Counted from the stretch's first letter, positions 1-19,909 are shown. The stretch: DNA of 64,000 nt from Antedon mediterranea (GCF_964355755.1 NC_092677.1:17072101-17136100), one strand, 5' to 3'. Translations and numbers: made by a program. The notes: generated by a model from the sequence alone, not told the origin.

Positions 1-5315
<5,315 letters not shown>

Positions 5316-8048
5316 AGATGATCCAAGAAGACAAATTTAAGATGAGATTGATGGGAGGTGTATTCATTGCCAACAAATGGCAACTAATCATATTCCACAC
5401 AAAAATCTGTTATTTCATCATGTGCAAGAAAAAAATTTTTTTTTTTAAAATTTATCTAATCTAATTAAGTAATTGAGTTTTCAGTTTCGTGCTTATTTCT
5501 TTATGTGGTTTTCATGTTTTTCATGTTATTTTCAATACAATTTCGATCATACAGAAATATCTAAAGGTAATGTAAATCATGCAATACTTATTAGTAAGGC
5601 ACTCATTTTGGATTAATTATCTGTATTTTTGTCGGAGCACAAATGAAAATGGTCCAGGAGGAATGCGAGAGTACAATGAAGTGCATGGTAATTGTGTTTA
5701 GAGTTTCCGATTGTAATTTCTTTGAAAAGCATTTGTTTTTTTTTTGTTAAAATTGCGTTACCTCCTTGCGTTGCGTCGCTAATGGGAATCAAGCTTTAGT
5801 AAATCATTGATTTTATAAATCTTTAACAGTACATAATTTAAGACAGGATAACATTTCCTGGAATAGTAGAAATTCTTTTTATAATATATTGTTTTTTTTT
5901 TAACCACTGTTTTTTTATAGTAGTTGTGTTTGCATAAATTAAATGTATAATATATTCAAAAAACCTTTGAACATACTTTTGAAACTGATGAGTGTTTCAC
6001 TATATTAGTTAAAAACGTAAAATATATCTTGGTGAGGTGTTCTGACCCTAGCAAGTGATGTCCCTCTGATAAATAGAATCACTTTTCGATTAACAAAATT
6101 GTTATACCACTAAATTAACTAAAGGATTTTTTTTATTTTTCATCATAAAATGACAAAAATTATAATTGAGATCTAATATTTAGGAATATGAAGATCATTT
6201 TGTATATATGTAGTTGCATATTTCTATGGAATAAATGCTTTTTCATTTGTAAGTAATGCGTTTTCATGTGTTAATTGTAAACATATGCTGACCTTTCATT
6301 AGGCAGTGGGCCTACCTAAACCGCTACATTCCCTCCGCAGCTTCAGTCACACCTCTCTTGCATTAGGCAGTTGGCTTGTATGCGATTTCTTTTTCCGTAC
6401 GGCTGTTCCTTCATCAGTGTTAAACACTGATCTTCCATTAGGCCCTAAGCCTACAGTCTAGTCCAGCTTGCAAGATGGCCTAAACTAATTTTAACAGAAT
6501 TTTGCATCAAAGCATGCCAGACTTGCATCACTTAAGCCTTGTGATATCTCCTATAATTATTGGTAGTGCTGGGCTAACAATATTTTGTGTGAACGAAGTC
6601 TTTTGAGTATGTTCAACATGCCACATTGCCATATAGATTGTTTTTTGGTGGCGTTTGCTCTTAATGTATAATAAACACAATTCAGACAGCATATTATATA
6701 GAAATTAAATTTTAATAATTCCAGTAACAAAAAATAATAGTCTTAATAAGCTCTATCTACACTATCAAACTTTATGTGACAAAAAAAATGTGATGTGCCC
6801 ATATATGGACACGGTGATGTCATATCACTACCATATTTGGCCACATCACACTTTTTTGTCAAACTAGTTTGATAGTGTAGACAGAGCTTTCAACAACACT
6901 GTATATTATATAGCAAATACTTATTCTATTTAAAAATTAGAATACAGTAGTTATTGCTTCATATATTTAAAAAAACATTTACTAAATAATAGTTTCCCAC
7001 ACAAAAAGCCGACTTCTTGGCTCATGTTCAATCTATTGTATATAACTATATTGCAAACATCAATATTCATGATTTATATTAAAATACATAAACTTGTTTT
7101 TTAAACTACAGTAACTACATTTAATATTGAACAATACTTCACACACGACAAACTGTAACATAGAAACTACAATATATTTAATATTACATAATACACACAA
7201 CTATTACAAATACTTTTGTTCTTGCCAAATATCATTACCCTGGATTGAGTTTATGGTACCTAAACATTGTTCGTGTAAAGTAAAGCAAGGTTCTCAATGG
7301 AATTACAATACAAGGATGTAGACGTATCACAGCGAAGTGACCAATGACAGGCGAAATAATCCATCACTTGTCTCAGTTGGAACCAAAAACCAACCAAACA
7401 CAGTGGTTGAATGCGCAGCCAGCCAATCTTTCAACTCGTGAAAATATATTCTCATAAACATTTTATATCATGTGCCATATTAAGGTTCCATTGCATGGTA
7501 AAAGTTGTAACTAACCAAATACAGTAGTTGAATTCACCGTTAATCTTTCAACTAAAGATATATTCTTTCTTTTATACTCATAAACATTATTATTATGTAT
7601 TATGTTATTGTTTGTATATTATAGCACACCTGAGTGTATCATGTGTCATTCAGAATTTAGTTCGATTTAGCTCTATTACACAACAGCTTTCTGTAAAACT
7701 TATTGCGAGGCTGGTGGCTGTAGTGTGTGCTGTCTATAATTAGTGCGCTAAGATGTTGACACAATGCAAGTGAATTGACCAATGACAAGCAACAGTTTGG
7801 GTTAAATTGCTTGCACTACACTTAGTCCTTGTGTTGCATCCCAGTAGGAACCAAGCCTTAATGTCTAGCCTTCAACATTGCTTAATGATTAAAGCAGCAG
7901 AATAATTGAATTGATATTTAGTTTTTGTCAAATTTGGCTCTGTTTGCCATAAATCATTTCTGCAAAAACAATGCAAATAGTCTCTAATATAACCACCATA
8001 GTACAAATTTCGTCAAGGTGCTTTAGAATTGTTTTGTTTTTAAATCTG

Positions 8049-11000
8049 TTAACATTTCTGAGAATATAGGATAACTTCACAGGAATCGTAACCAGTTACT
8101 GCGAAGGAGGTTCCACTTTGATTTAGAAACTTTGCACCACAAATTTGAAGATCAGTCACCGACTCTGAAAATTCATTATTAACCTGAAAACAAAGAAAAT
8201 TCAGATAATTTTACAATGACAAGAATAGCTTTTATCTGATGAAACAGTAATGTCATTCTGTTAGGTCATCTCATTATTTACCTTAGCAGGTAAGGTAATG
8301 TAAATGTAGTGTCTATCCTCTTGGTCAGCCACCACATGTCTATCTGTTTTGTCTCAAGCAACCCCAGTTTTCAGGAGGAAATCGTGGTCATTAATGATGA
8401 ATCCAATATACAGGCCTCTTTATTTTCATATAACCTAATGATTCTGTCTGTCCCATTATGTATTTTTGTAAAATGTACTGTACCATATTAGGCCATTTTT
8501 TAATATTAATAAACTATCTTCTAATTTATTAACTAGAAATACTAGTACCTTTACATTTTTACTATCTTCTTGTAAACTCCACAGACGAACGAACGAATCT
8601 TCACTACTTGTCAGAAGCTACATATAAAATATAAATAGAAATTATAAATATAATTAGTTTACATCATACATAGTATATATAGTACAATTACTTGTGTTTA
8701 CATTGCAGTAATTACGTGTCAAGAAAACTTGCATCTTGCATTCTAGATCTCAGTTTTCTAGACACTGGTCGGGCGACATTTTTCGTTTATGACAAATCTC
8801 AGTGCTTTTGAATGCTTTTGACAATATTTACATTTAGGTTTATATTGTCTAGTTAGATGCTTACATAACTAAGAACACCTGTGAGTTATGTACTAGATGG
8901 TCTGTGCACGGAAACGGAATTCAGTTATGTGGGTTTGTCTAGATTTGGTAGTTTTTTATGTTTACGGACTAGATTCCTTTGGTTTTCCGCCTTGAGCACT
9001 TTGGTGGATATGTGCGCTTAACAAATCTTATTATTAATCTTAATTTTATGACATGGTTTACTGTGAAATCAAAAATTTACAAATCATCCAAAAAAGACAA
9101 TGTTACCAAGTTACTCTCGGGTGCAATATCAATAGCGTTGATCCATTTAGTGTGTGCGCATATTTCGGTTTGCATGTTCCCTGTTGTGGAGTTGAATATA
9201 CGTATGTGACCTGAGCCAAAGCCACCAATAACCGAGTTGCCCGATAAGCATAGAGATGTACAGGCCATGCTATAAAATAAATATATATGGTTGTGATATA
9301 ATTTATTTATTTATTTATCTGTCACACAAGTCATCCTCTTTAATTCATTTATTTAACTTGCCCAAAACAACCAATAACAGTTGCCTGAAAAGCATTTACA
9401 GTATATCATAAAGCTCTGTCTACACTATCAAACTTCATGTGACAAAAAAATAGTGATGTGCCCATGTATATGGACATAATGATGTCATATCTAGTTTGAT
9501 AGTGTAGACAAAGCTTAAGAGAGAGTGTTTGTTATTGCCATTTTGCACACATCCATACACAAGGGTACCAAAATCTATGTTTTAATAATCATGTCAACAT
9601 TGTATTTGGCATCATATGTATTGTACATTATCGATTATTTAACATTTTTTAAGCCAAAATCGCCTCAAAAGTATGATTTTATTGATGAAAATGCAATTAA
9701 CACTATTTTGTGTAATTTACACTAATTGATTAGGGCTTGGTGTTTAGGAGGACCGGCCTGAGATGGATATCTTTCTTATTACTGTACAGAAGTGTATGCA
9801 ATGAATGTAACATTATGTTTATTTGACCAATTTTAATATTCATTAATGCCTTCCAAATAGCCCATGGGCTATAAACGAGTTCCTATTCTCAATTAATAAA
9901 ACAAAGAAAAACATTACCCAGAACCATTGATGCGTAGCGTTGTTTTAAACCTCTGTCCCGACTGCCATAATATAATGGTGCCAGAATCGTCACAGCTTCC
10001 TAGTGTACTGCCCTCACTGGCCAAATCCAGTACCATGCAGTTGTGGCCAGTAGGCATCTCTTGTAAAGCGACATTGGTTCCTCGTGATGGAATGGAGAAT
10101 ATTAGAATTATCCCGGATGATGCACCTAAATGTAATAAATATTCATCAGCTCTGAATAGTGCTATTATCTATTTAATCTTGGGACGACAGGAACTTTTCC
10201 TCTTTTGTTGAACCTCCCTGCATTGAAGAATGTTCATTCTTCCTATCTAATCAGTGCATTCGGTATTTCCCTGTATTAAAGCAGACACTTTTTTGGAGGC
10301 AAAATGCTGAGATTTTTCCAGTCTTTTGTGTTACCACCAAGCATAGTTTATGCAAACCAAACATTTTATATCTTATTTATAGGATATAATTTTATTAATG
10401 CATTTTTTTCATATTATTCATATATCATATATTTAACACAGGATGCTAAATCATTGTCTTACCAACAGCAATGTAATTTTCATGTATAGCAGCAATTCCC
10501 CTTGTGAATATTATTCCTGCAAAAGTAAAAAATAATTGTTAATTTTAACAACTATTGTAAAGTCCTGACTAGGGTCACAGAGTGCATATGAGCCTCCGTT
10601 CATTTCGACTGCCATTCTTTTATATTTATGAATTGAGGAGTTGATAAACAAGACCAAAATGATCAGACTAGGACCCCTTCCCTTTGAACATTGTAAAGTT
10701 TTGGTGGTTATTGTTCTGCATACTATTAATATAATAATCAATTATGAATGTCATTCTTTCTTTATTTCCATTCATCATACACATTCATAAGCATACATAA
10801 ATAAGCATAGTACAAAAGACAAAAAAAGAATGGAAAGGAGGAAATCTCGGAAGCATAACTTTAAGTAGAAACCCCCTGTCCTGTTACAAAATATATATAA
10901 ATGGAAATTAAAATTAATAAATGAAATGTACAATGAAAAAGCTACCATTTTTACTATCACTACCAGCTAGTGCATGCCAAAACACCATTGCTGAGCCATC

Positions 11001-12028
11001 TGGTTCAAACATCTGAAATTATTCAAATAAATTTAAATTTGAATGTGTATGGTGGGAATTGACATTAAACATGAGTGACACATTTTTTCTTTATAATATA
11101 TAACTTTATTCAAAACTGAAAAATTAACTCTCAATTTCTGGTAAGTCTAAATGTATTTATTTATTTAGTAAACCAACAAACAATACAAACTAAAAAATAA
11201 ATTAACATAAGAATCTTTCACATCTAAATTGTTGACATTGTTCTTCAATGGATAAAATAGTATCTGCTGGTTATTAAATGATATAATAACAATTTACTTT
11301 GAAAAAAAAGGTTTTGGAATTGATCTGTGATCCTCTTACCTGTAAACCTTTCTGTGAACATATTACAAGAAGCGTTCTGGATGATAATTCACAAAATTTA
11401 GCCTAAAATATATAAGGAAATAAAAAGAAATAACAATTTAAAGCTACATGCTGTACGTACACATTTAACTTGAAATGAAAAGAGAATCATATTTAATTTT
11501 ATAAATGTTTAAAATGTAAATTTAACTTCTGTAGTTACACTAGAAACTCTTGACTCAATGCACTATGTAATGTTATAGGCCTACCTAGTATAGATTGACC
11601 CATTATTATACAAAACATTATGCATTGTTACCATGGAAATTGTACACATTATCATAATTTAATTAGATTCGTGTGAATACAATTTATAGAAACATTGATT
11701 TTCACAAATAAGTCTATTGCCTATCAACAAGATACAGCAAACAATAAAAAATAAATCAACGTTTCATCATAATGGCATCTATGGACACACTCAAACGAAA
11801 ACTTACTTGCAAAATGAGAGAATTCGATGAATTTGAGGCTTCTTTACAGTGAACTTCCCGATGGTGAATGTTTGCTGTATCGCTTGACGAAGTCGCAATG
11901 TTTACAGCCGATTTGTGAACAACAGCATAGCTTACTATGTTCTTTTGAGGAACTGAGTAGATGCTTAAATTATTATAAAGCAAAGACGCACTTGTTTTTA
12001 GCTGAATAGATTTCTCGCGTTTATACAT
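8049..12028 (-). CDS. WDR54: WD repeat protein 54, ~326 aa. Exons 11807-12028, 11340-11402, 10946-11012, 10463-10516, 9918-10125, 9107-9269, 8549-8617, 8049-8183
   Basis: Eight phase-consistent exons. N-terminus MYKREKSIQLKTSASLLYNNLS resembles WDR54. WD motifs GSCDDSGTIILW, GFGSGHIRIF, AHTKWINAID, LTSSEDSFVRLW. C-terminal FAVTGYD. Confidence 0.88.
9412..9515. mobile_element. PIF/Harbinger-type MITE family 1 (TIR AGCTCTGTCTACACTATCAAACT). Other copies ~4180-4278, 6749-6888, 13832-13992, 58379-58509, partial 62865-62957
   Basis: 23-bp TIRs with TAA on both sides at 9409-11/9516-18 and 58376-78/58510-12. Shared internal GTGATGTGCCCATATATGG. Confidence 0.85.
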
Positions 12029-12255
12029 TTTAGACAATTTTGATAAGCATAAATTTTTCTTAAAACAACAGTTGTTATTGCAAGAAATTGTGAGTACGCC
12101 CTCTATTATTGTAAATGTAAACATGAAAATATTAATGGAACAAAACGATCATATCGTGAGTGTTCCCATAACAAATACATTTTACAATCGACATTATTTC
12201 TTAAAAACACGTTTCACGTTTTTTATCGTTTCTATTTAATTTTCATTTGCTAAAA
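12029..12255. promoter_or_regulatory. Compact bidirectional promoter between WDR54 and RAB5IF
   Basis: The two start codons diverge only 228 bp apart. Transcription starts are not visible from sequence. Confidence 0.7.
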
Positions 12256-13777
12256 ATGGCAACTCAGAGAAGAAAACCAGAATCAAAAAGTAGTAAAACC
12301 GAACCAGAACTGCCATCAGTACCATCTGTATGGAAAAGGGCATTCACAAGTGGGTCAGAATGGCCAGATAAGGTATTTTTACACTTGTTTTTCTAGCTAG
12401 CCGCACCGCCGCACGATGCTTGCTGTGAAACGCCCAACGTAGTGGGCATTTTACCATGTCGACTTACATAGTGTAGGCCTAGCCACAACTTACCAGCAAA
12501 TGTTTTAATTTGTTATATATTTCACGGGTTACTGATTAATTATTATAGGTAGTTTTGATTGAGTTAAAAAAAATCGTGCCATGATATGTTAAGCATACAC
12601 AAACTGGTACATACAGCACCTACTGTCGTGTTATGTGCATAATAAGCGCTCACACACTAATTCCTTTCAGTTCAGTTTGCTTGAAAAGACGACAACTAGT
12701 TCCAACCTTTAGTTCCAGGTCTACCTACCTACATTCAATCTTCAAACATTTTATTTTGTACCTTACAGAGCTCATTATTAAATAACATAACCTTTTTTTT
12801 GCAGGACGAGTTACTGGATGTAATTTATTGGGGACGACAAATTGTAGGAATCATATTTGGTTTAATATGGGGTGCAGTACAAATGAAAGGAATAGTTGGT
12901 CTAGCATTGTAAGTTTTTAATTACCGTACTAAATTTGGCTTTTTCTTAAATTATGGGCAATACAGATTATCAATGTAATAAAAACAACTACAAACGGCTA
13001 TGTAGCACAATACACTGTTTAAAAAAAAACCTAGACATCTAGTCTAATTCTAGTCTGAATTTTTGATTTACAAATTGCTTGTTGTAACATCAATGACATT
13101 ATCATTGTAAAATAATAAACCACTACTATAAAATGATTATTAGCCCATGGCTAACAAAAAAAATGCCAATGAAAAAGGGCAAATGAGTCTCATTTTGATT
13201 TGACTGGTGAAAGTGAATTGTTTGATAAACACACAATTTAGAATTATTTTATGTGTAACTACTATGTGTAAACAGAATACGGTTTAGAAAAAAATAATAT
13301 ATAATCAATAAATACAAATAGTACTTGCTATGTTTTATAGGTTTTGTGCAATAAATGCTGGAATTTTATACGTTTACTTCATGGGATTTCAAAAGATTGA
13401 TGATGAAGAATTTGGAGGGGTATGGGAACTTACTAAAGAAGGATTTATGACGTCATTTGCATTATTTTTAGTAAGTATTTTGCTACCTAATTCCAGTGTA
13501 CTGTATGTGGACAATCATCACCCATTACAACTAATACCCCTTTGACAAATACCTCATATGACTTGGGGTTAGAGTTAGGTTTATGTTGAAGCTAAAAGTA
13601 CAATCTAATTGTACTATTATCTTATCGCATCATTGACAGATCAACATTTTTTTTTAATTAATGAACTAAGGACTAAGGAGTGTAAACTCCCTAAGTGACT
13701 AATTTGTTAATACAATATTTTTCCTTGGTTTACAGATTGTATGGATTATAGTGTACTCTGCTATTTATTTTGAATAA
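12256..13777 (+). CDS. RAB5IF: RAB5-interacting factor / OPTI (C20orf24 family), 130 aa. Exons 12256-12372, 12805-12908, 13341-13470, 13736-13777
   Basis: Spliced protein contains WPDKDELLDVIYWGRQ and IDDEEFGGVWELTKEGFMTSFALFLIVWIIVYS, characteristic of this family. Confidence 0.93.
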
Positions 13778-15181
13778 CACCACATAGTTGAATCAGGAAT
13801 GGAATCGAACCAAATTTTGTACAAACTGTAAAGCCCTGACTACACTATCAAACTAGTTTGACAATAAAAGGTTGATGCGGCCAAATATGATAGTGATATA
13901 CCCAAATATGATAGTGATATGATATCATAATGTTCATATATGGGCACATGACATTTTTTTGTCACATAAAGTTTGATAGTGTAGACAGAGCTTTAGACTA
14001 CTAGAACAAACAATAACCAGTTTTGTACCAAAAATACTATGTGTAGAAAAGAGTGGAACAGACTAAACTATTGAGAGAACTTGCTGTCTCCATTAAACAG
14101 TATGTTGAAGTGTAAAATGTTTTTAAAATATAACAGTACTGTATGTTATCTGGTATGCTATTCAATTGTGATTCACACTAGATATGTTTTTCAAGCTATC
14201 TGTAATTAAGTTAACATCGATCTTTCTCAAGATTAGAAAAAAATCGAATTTATGGATGTATGTTGCATCACAGGTTCCAGGAATAGTGAAGTGCTAACAT
14301 TGCATTAGTCTGTAAAAAATAGGTATGAAAAAGTGTTTTGGCACTCCCCAAGCGCTACCCTCGGCAAGATGTGGTCACATGTATGGTGGTACAGTAACTC
14401 ATTTGTAAAAGAAATAAATCCAGGACCAAAATAAGGAATTTGGTCTGAAATGAGACATTTACATACCTGAGGTAATTTTTGTAAATGTTTTATAAATGTG
14501 TATGGGTGACACAAGTCAAGTCTGTAAATAAAATGTAACAAACACAGTCAGTCTCCTCATTAAATCATTGTCTTGTCAATTTGGTTTTAGCATTATAATA
14601 TTTATGTATTTGTACTGTAATCGAGAAAAGTATGATGTCTTTCTGTCCGTCTCTTACAAAATGATACACCAATAAGATTATATTTATGAAATTATATATT
14701 TATACAAAATTCACATATTAAATACATAATAATTATATTAATTAAAAGCAGTTTAAAATTATTTATGGTTTATTTATTCAACATATTGAATTTAAAATGT
14801 GTTTATGCAATGCAGTAATATTATAAAATTTATTTTGTTGCATCAGGTGCTTTATGTAAAATCAACTAGTGTTTGTGCATAATTATAAAATATCCATTGT
14901 ACTTAATACTTTTGCAAGATTGCTTCAATTAAAAAAAAAAATCTTCAATAAATCTGTAAAGAGTTACCGTTGCATTTCCAATTTCCAAATTTTATTGTTA
15001 AGTTGAATTCAGATTTTTATATTTAAACTTGTAAATTTGAACATTATTTTTTTCAACTTGCTTATTGGACATTGTGCGCCATATAAAGGACCTCTTCAGT
15101 TCATATGCCAGCTATTCGGCACACATAATTTTTTAAAATTGCACAAGCTAAATTATCCTATCTTGAAAAATCATTTATGTC

Positions 15182-18100
15182 TTAATCTGGTATTTCTCTG
15201 CATATATCTTGAACAATTTTGTTGAAACTTTCTGGTTTGTCTGCATAAACATGGTGACCTGCTCCTTGTACAATCTGTAAGAAAAATGTGTATATCTTAA
15301 GTGACAAGGGTCACAAATAAACAAAACATTGTTAATTTATTTATTCTTTCTTTATTCTTCAGGCACTTTCAGTACTAGTGCACTGATTTTCAAAGTGGTA
15401 CAGTAAAGCTTGGTTCCCACTATAACGTAACGCAAGGACGTAAACGCAACGCAAGTGTTTTAACCAATGGCAAGCGAAGTTATAGACAGTTAGCAATCAC
15501 AAGCGAATAAGCCATCGCATGTGATTGGTCAATTCACTTGCGTTGCTTTACGGCCTTGTGTTGCGTCGCTAGTGGGAACCACGCTTAATTGGAAATATCA
15601 TTAACATAATAAAGTAAAGCCAAAGAGTAATCAAAATAATAGAGAAAATATATAAAAAATAAAAAAAATTTGAAAAAAAAACAAATTTAGTTTAACTGTT
15701 GCATCAGTAAATTTCAAAAGTGGTTTTCAATATATTTGTTTGATGATAATTATTATTTAATTCAAAAACTGGATTAAACCTTTTATGGATAAACGATAGC
15801 CACAGTACAATAGCTAGGTGGACAGGGTTTGAGATTAAGGATGTACTGTACTGGGTTCTTTAAAGTAAGTTGTACAAGATGCAGATATGTGCACTGGCCC
15901 TTCAGCTTATCTGAGAAGACTTGTTTTACCATGAAAACTATGGTCAATAGAGCCTTGAACTGATGCCGATTCTATGGCTACAGCACAATGCTGTACACTC
16001 ACCTTAACATTCAAAAGACTACCAAGACCCATCATTTTTTACATATAAGAAATCATACTACACTACCTCTACTGTAACTTTTGATTCTTTGCGGAGGTAC
16101 TTAATGGAATGACCGATCTTCGTGTCCATCCACGATTTTGAGCCATACAGCACAGTTAGTGGAATCGTTTCATTGAGTTGCATAACACGATTGATCATTG
16201 GATTCACTGCCCATGCCAGGCCATCTTGCAGAGACTTAAAAGCCACCTCACCACTGCAAACAAAATTGTAGTAATTTTATAATGTAGATATAAAAATAAT
16301 AAAATGATGATTACACATGACTTACAGTAGAATGTTGTAAGGGCGTGTGGTGCAGTGTGGTGGATGCTGGATTACCCATCGTGAGGTCGTGGTGTGCCGC
16401 ATTGCTTGTATCCTTAGGTAAGGCACTTTACTTACATTTGCCTCTCCCCACCCAGGTGTATAAAATGGGTACCCAGTTAGATCAAGACACATAGCAGTGA
16501 GGACTAGTTGCATTACCCGGTGAAGTTCTTTTAAAACCAAATTACAGTACTAAATTATCTTAAATAAAATTATTATAAAATTATGGGAGTATGTTTCCAT
16601 ACGTGTTTGATGACTGGGGTAATAATGCTTGTAGAGTGCCTTTGAGCATGATTACTTATGAAAAGGGTGCTATACAAATGTGGTATTATTTTTATTATTA
16701 TTATAATGTTGATGGCCATCTGACTACTTGCTTTGCTTGTACTGGTCATCTAATTTCAAATCCATGAAAAAGTGGACCACTAAAAATTTCCTGAATCTTT
16801 GAATCTAATTTTAATCACAAAGCCCGCCGAAGAATATATTCTTAAACACAACTCTTCAAAGTTTAACTGTGTGACATGCCCTAGAATCATAACTTGTAAC
16901 TACCTTAAAATACTGACCTTGGGTCCTGTACATTGCAGTGGTAAATGTATTTGCTGATCATATTCTCATTGTCAACAGATGCAAATTTCCTACCAATGTC
17001 AGGTCTAAGACGGTGTATGAGGTACTGCCCTGAAAATGAGGTAGCAAGGTTCAGTGGCATGTGAACAGCTCAATATTCTTAAAAGATGATCTATATTTGA
17101 GCCGTGGCACAGTGGCTCAACCAGTTTATATCCCAATAATTAATACTGCTGTTGTTTTTTAATATAGATTGTATACCTTTAAGTTATTAAGAATCACTGT
17201 ATAATAGCCTTGTTTTTTCAGCAGGTAAAAAAAAATAAAAAAGATATTTTATCATATGCTTATATATCCCAACCAGCCTAATTTAAACAAATCAAGTAAT
17301 GGAGCTGTAGCTTGGGTACTGGATCTGTTAGGTTGGGTAGTAAAACTGTAGCTATGGAACAGTAGTGGAGCTGTAGCTTGGTGGTTAACATGCCTTCCTT
17401 CCAATCCCAGGGTTCAATCCTACCGTAACTCACAACTCTTTCAACTCCACTCCCTAAGCCTCAAATGAGAATGCATTTATAAGCATGATAAATAATAAAA
17501 AATAGTTTATCCATCCTGTAATTGCTGATTTACTCGCTGTTGGATGCATATGAAATAAAATCTTTCTTACCAAATGGACCAGCTGCTCGTAAACCAGAAA
17601 GAGGGTTAAATGTTATCATTATCTGTCGCACAACTTTTAACCACAATGGAAAATCATGCTTCTCGTAAAAGTCTACGTCCCGCTCGGGGAATCCCCATGG
17701 ATCAACAAGAATTAAATGCTTGACACGTTCTGGGTAATGTATACTGTACGAATACGACAAAAATCCCCCTAGGCTGTGACCGACCAGTATCATTTTATCA
17801 ACCCCGACTTCCTCTCGCCATTCCTCGATTGAATTCACAAATTCCTTTTCCGAATCATCAGCATTGGACGGAAATTTCCTACGTGTACTACGACCAAAAC
17901 CAATCAGATCAAATGCATATAGAGGCCGCACATTTGAAAGAGCATCTAGATTCTGCACCCACAATCCAATTCCACCGGCCATGCCATGAACAAGAACAAT
18001 AGGTGTTTTGTCGTCTGATTCTGAGTTGTTCATGAAGATGGTCCGGATTCTGTCACCACTTTTTGTTTTAACAAACCAACTTCTGTATGTATTTCTTACA

Positions 18101-19909
18101 TCTGTAATAAGAAATAAATATTTTAACACTATATTTGTATCAAGAAAAGAAGAGAATTATCCCTCTAGCCAAAAACAAATTGATTTACTATAATTCCAAC
18201 TAACAAATCCCAACCAGGAAAATTTCCATAACCTCCGGGCGTAAGCGCAACAAAAGTAATTTTAACATTATAAACGATAGATATTTAGAACTGTCGATTG
18301 TCAATGGTCAACTCGTTTATGTCGTTACGTTGATTGATTGAATTGATTGAAATATATATTTATACTGGGTAACCTCTTCAGTCAAAGCAGGGAGATGTAT
18401 CTCCCTGGTCAAAGACTGGTCTCCCAGAGGACCCAGTTGGTGATCAGTGGCTGTGATGTACTAATACACACTGGGTAATACACCCTACTCGTCTCGAAAG
18501 ATGTACTAGGTTCTTTAAAGTGCACACGAGCTAGATGTGTACACTGGACCTACGGTTTCTAGTCCTTATCTGAGAAGACTCGTTCTACCACCAGAACCAT
18601 GGAGTGAGTGAGCCTCGAACCCCTGCCGATGTTATGGCTACGTAATTACGGTTCCAGTCTTAACCGCTCGGCCACTCACTCACTCAGTTGCGTCCTAGTA
18701 TTGGCATTATACTTACTTTCCCATGTGATTTTTATTTTTTTTTAAATTTCTATATCTTGTTTGCAACAACTGCACACCAATACCCAATCCCATTGTATTT
18801 CCCCCTTTCCTGATATATTATAGGAATCAATTTTTTACTTACATCCTAATATCTTTTCTTCAGCAGCACGCAACATTTCGTTTGATGTTGGTACCCAGCG
18901 TAACCATCCACCAAACCAATAACTTTTATGTAAGAAAATACAAAATGTACGATGTACTGTACGACCATTCACTTTTTTTTTACATTGCATTTTTTAAACG
19001 TTATGACTAAAGATACAGTACCGTATCCATACTTTTAAAAACTAAAGGTACGGTAATTACAGCGGGTGCTATGTAAGATAATCATGATAATGTTAAATCA
19101 AATTATTGCAATGATCTTCAGCAAGCCAGCTGTATGGCTTAGTGGCCTTGTGATGAGGCTCTGGCAAGCAAGCTGTATGGCTTAGTGGCCTTGTGATGAG
19201 GCTCTGGCAAGCCAGCTGTATGGCTTAGTGGCCTTGTGATGAGGCTCTGGCTTAAGAGGTTGGAGGTTTGATTCTCTACTTGACGTCTTTTTTATTTACT
19301 TTTTTTAGTTTTTAATTTAGAGAGAGTATTTTAGAGGGTTAGGTTTTTTTAAATTTAGGAACGAGTTTTATATTTAAGTCAAGTTTTAGGAATGCAATTT
19401 ATAATTACCGTACCTTTAGTTTTTGAAGTATGGATACTTTAGCCTATGCGTTTTTTTAAATACAATTTTAAATTTAAATATTTTATTTTTTCTGGTAAGA
19501 AGTGTGCTCAAGTCGGCGCCCTCAAGTCTATACTTATGTTCACTTACTAACAGGTCTAACTCTAGGACATGCTAGGTGAAGCAACTAATGGTTTAACACT
19601 GCAGTCAGGGGTGTATCCTACCTGGCTAGAAGTTCACTGATCATATGATTATGACCCAAGGCCAGGGCAGGCCCAAAACTCTGAGACTCTAGCTACAGTC
19701 AGTAGCACACTTAGTTAGACTAGGCTAGTTAGGCCCAGGTTCATTTGTCTATTCCAGCTTCCAGAAACTGAAACAAAATGATACATCTTGAAGGTCACCA
19801 TTTACTTGAAATTATAGATCATAAATAGTTTATTTATAAGTACATACTTATCCCTTGAATCCAACTGCAATTCATTGCTTTCTGTACAGGATTGTGCTGC
19901 CGATGCCAT
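15182..19909 (-). CDS. ABHD4: ABHD4/ABHD5-family alpha/beta hydrolase, copy 1, 354 aa. Exons 19848-19909, 18843-18922, 17571-18101, 16918-17029, 16067-16253, 15182-15274
   Basis: Phase-consistent exons. Motifs WLRWVPTS, VLVHG, YAFDLIGFGRS, nucleophile GHSLG (Ser as in ABHD4; vertebrate ABHD5 has Asn), LVDPWGFPER, YIYHCN and GHHVYAD (HX4D). Confidence 0.9.
15407..15585. mobile_element. PIF/Harbinger-type MITE family 2 (TIR AGCTTGGTTCCCACT...). Partial copies ~5753-5795, 7760-7858, 54992-55035
   Basis: Long imperfect inverted arms with TAA flanks at 15404-06 and 15586-88. Confidence 0.8.
16340..16705 (+). mobile_element. tRNA-derived SINE (degenerate) with conserved-type central core and (TTA)n tail
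   Basis: A-box-like TGGTGCAGTGTGG, core TCCTTAGGTAAGGCACTTTAC...CACCCAGGTGTATAAAATGGGTACC, 3' GCTATACAAATG-TATTATT. Confidence 0.65.
17368..17526 (+). mobile_element. Short tRNA-like-headed interspersed repeat. Second copy ~2470-2598
   Basis: Both copies share GTAGCTTGGTGGTTAACATG...AATCCCAG.GTTCAATCCT...CCTCAAATGAGA...TTTATCCATCCTGTAATTG. Confidence 0.65.
18362..18680 (-). mobile_element. tRNA-derived SINE. Related degraded copies ~15845-15985 and ~30545-30715
   Basis: Minus strand reads AGTGGCCGAGCGGTTAAGAC (A box) ... GGTTCGAGGC (B box). A shared core GTTCTTTAA.GTGCAC...GGACC.ACGG.TT...TCC..ATC.GA occurs in three places. Confidence 0.75.
19023..19437. mobile_element. MITE-like element with 36/37-bp TIRs enclosing a triplicated 43-bp tRNA-like head
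   Basis: GTATCCATACTT(T)YAAAAACTAAAGGTACGGTAATTA at 19023-19059 and inverted at 19402-19437. 43-bp unit x3 at 19121-19249. Confidence 0.75.

Noticed and set aside
18600-18680. tRNA-like A/B boxes (also 16340, 17370, 2470, 19210)
   Set aside because: No complete cloverleaf. They are attached to SINE bodies, so not called as tRNA genes.
19121-19249. TGATGAGGC...GCC in the 43-bp repeat as a possible tandem hammerhead
   Set aside because: The core is GTGATGA rather than CTGATGA and the GAAA box is absent.
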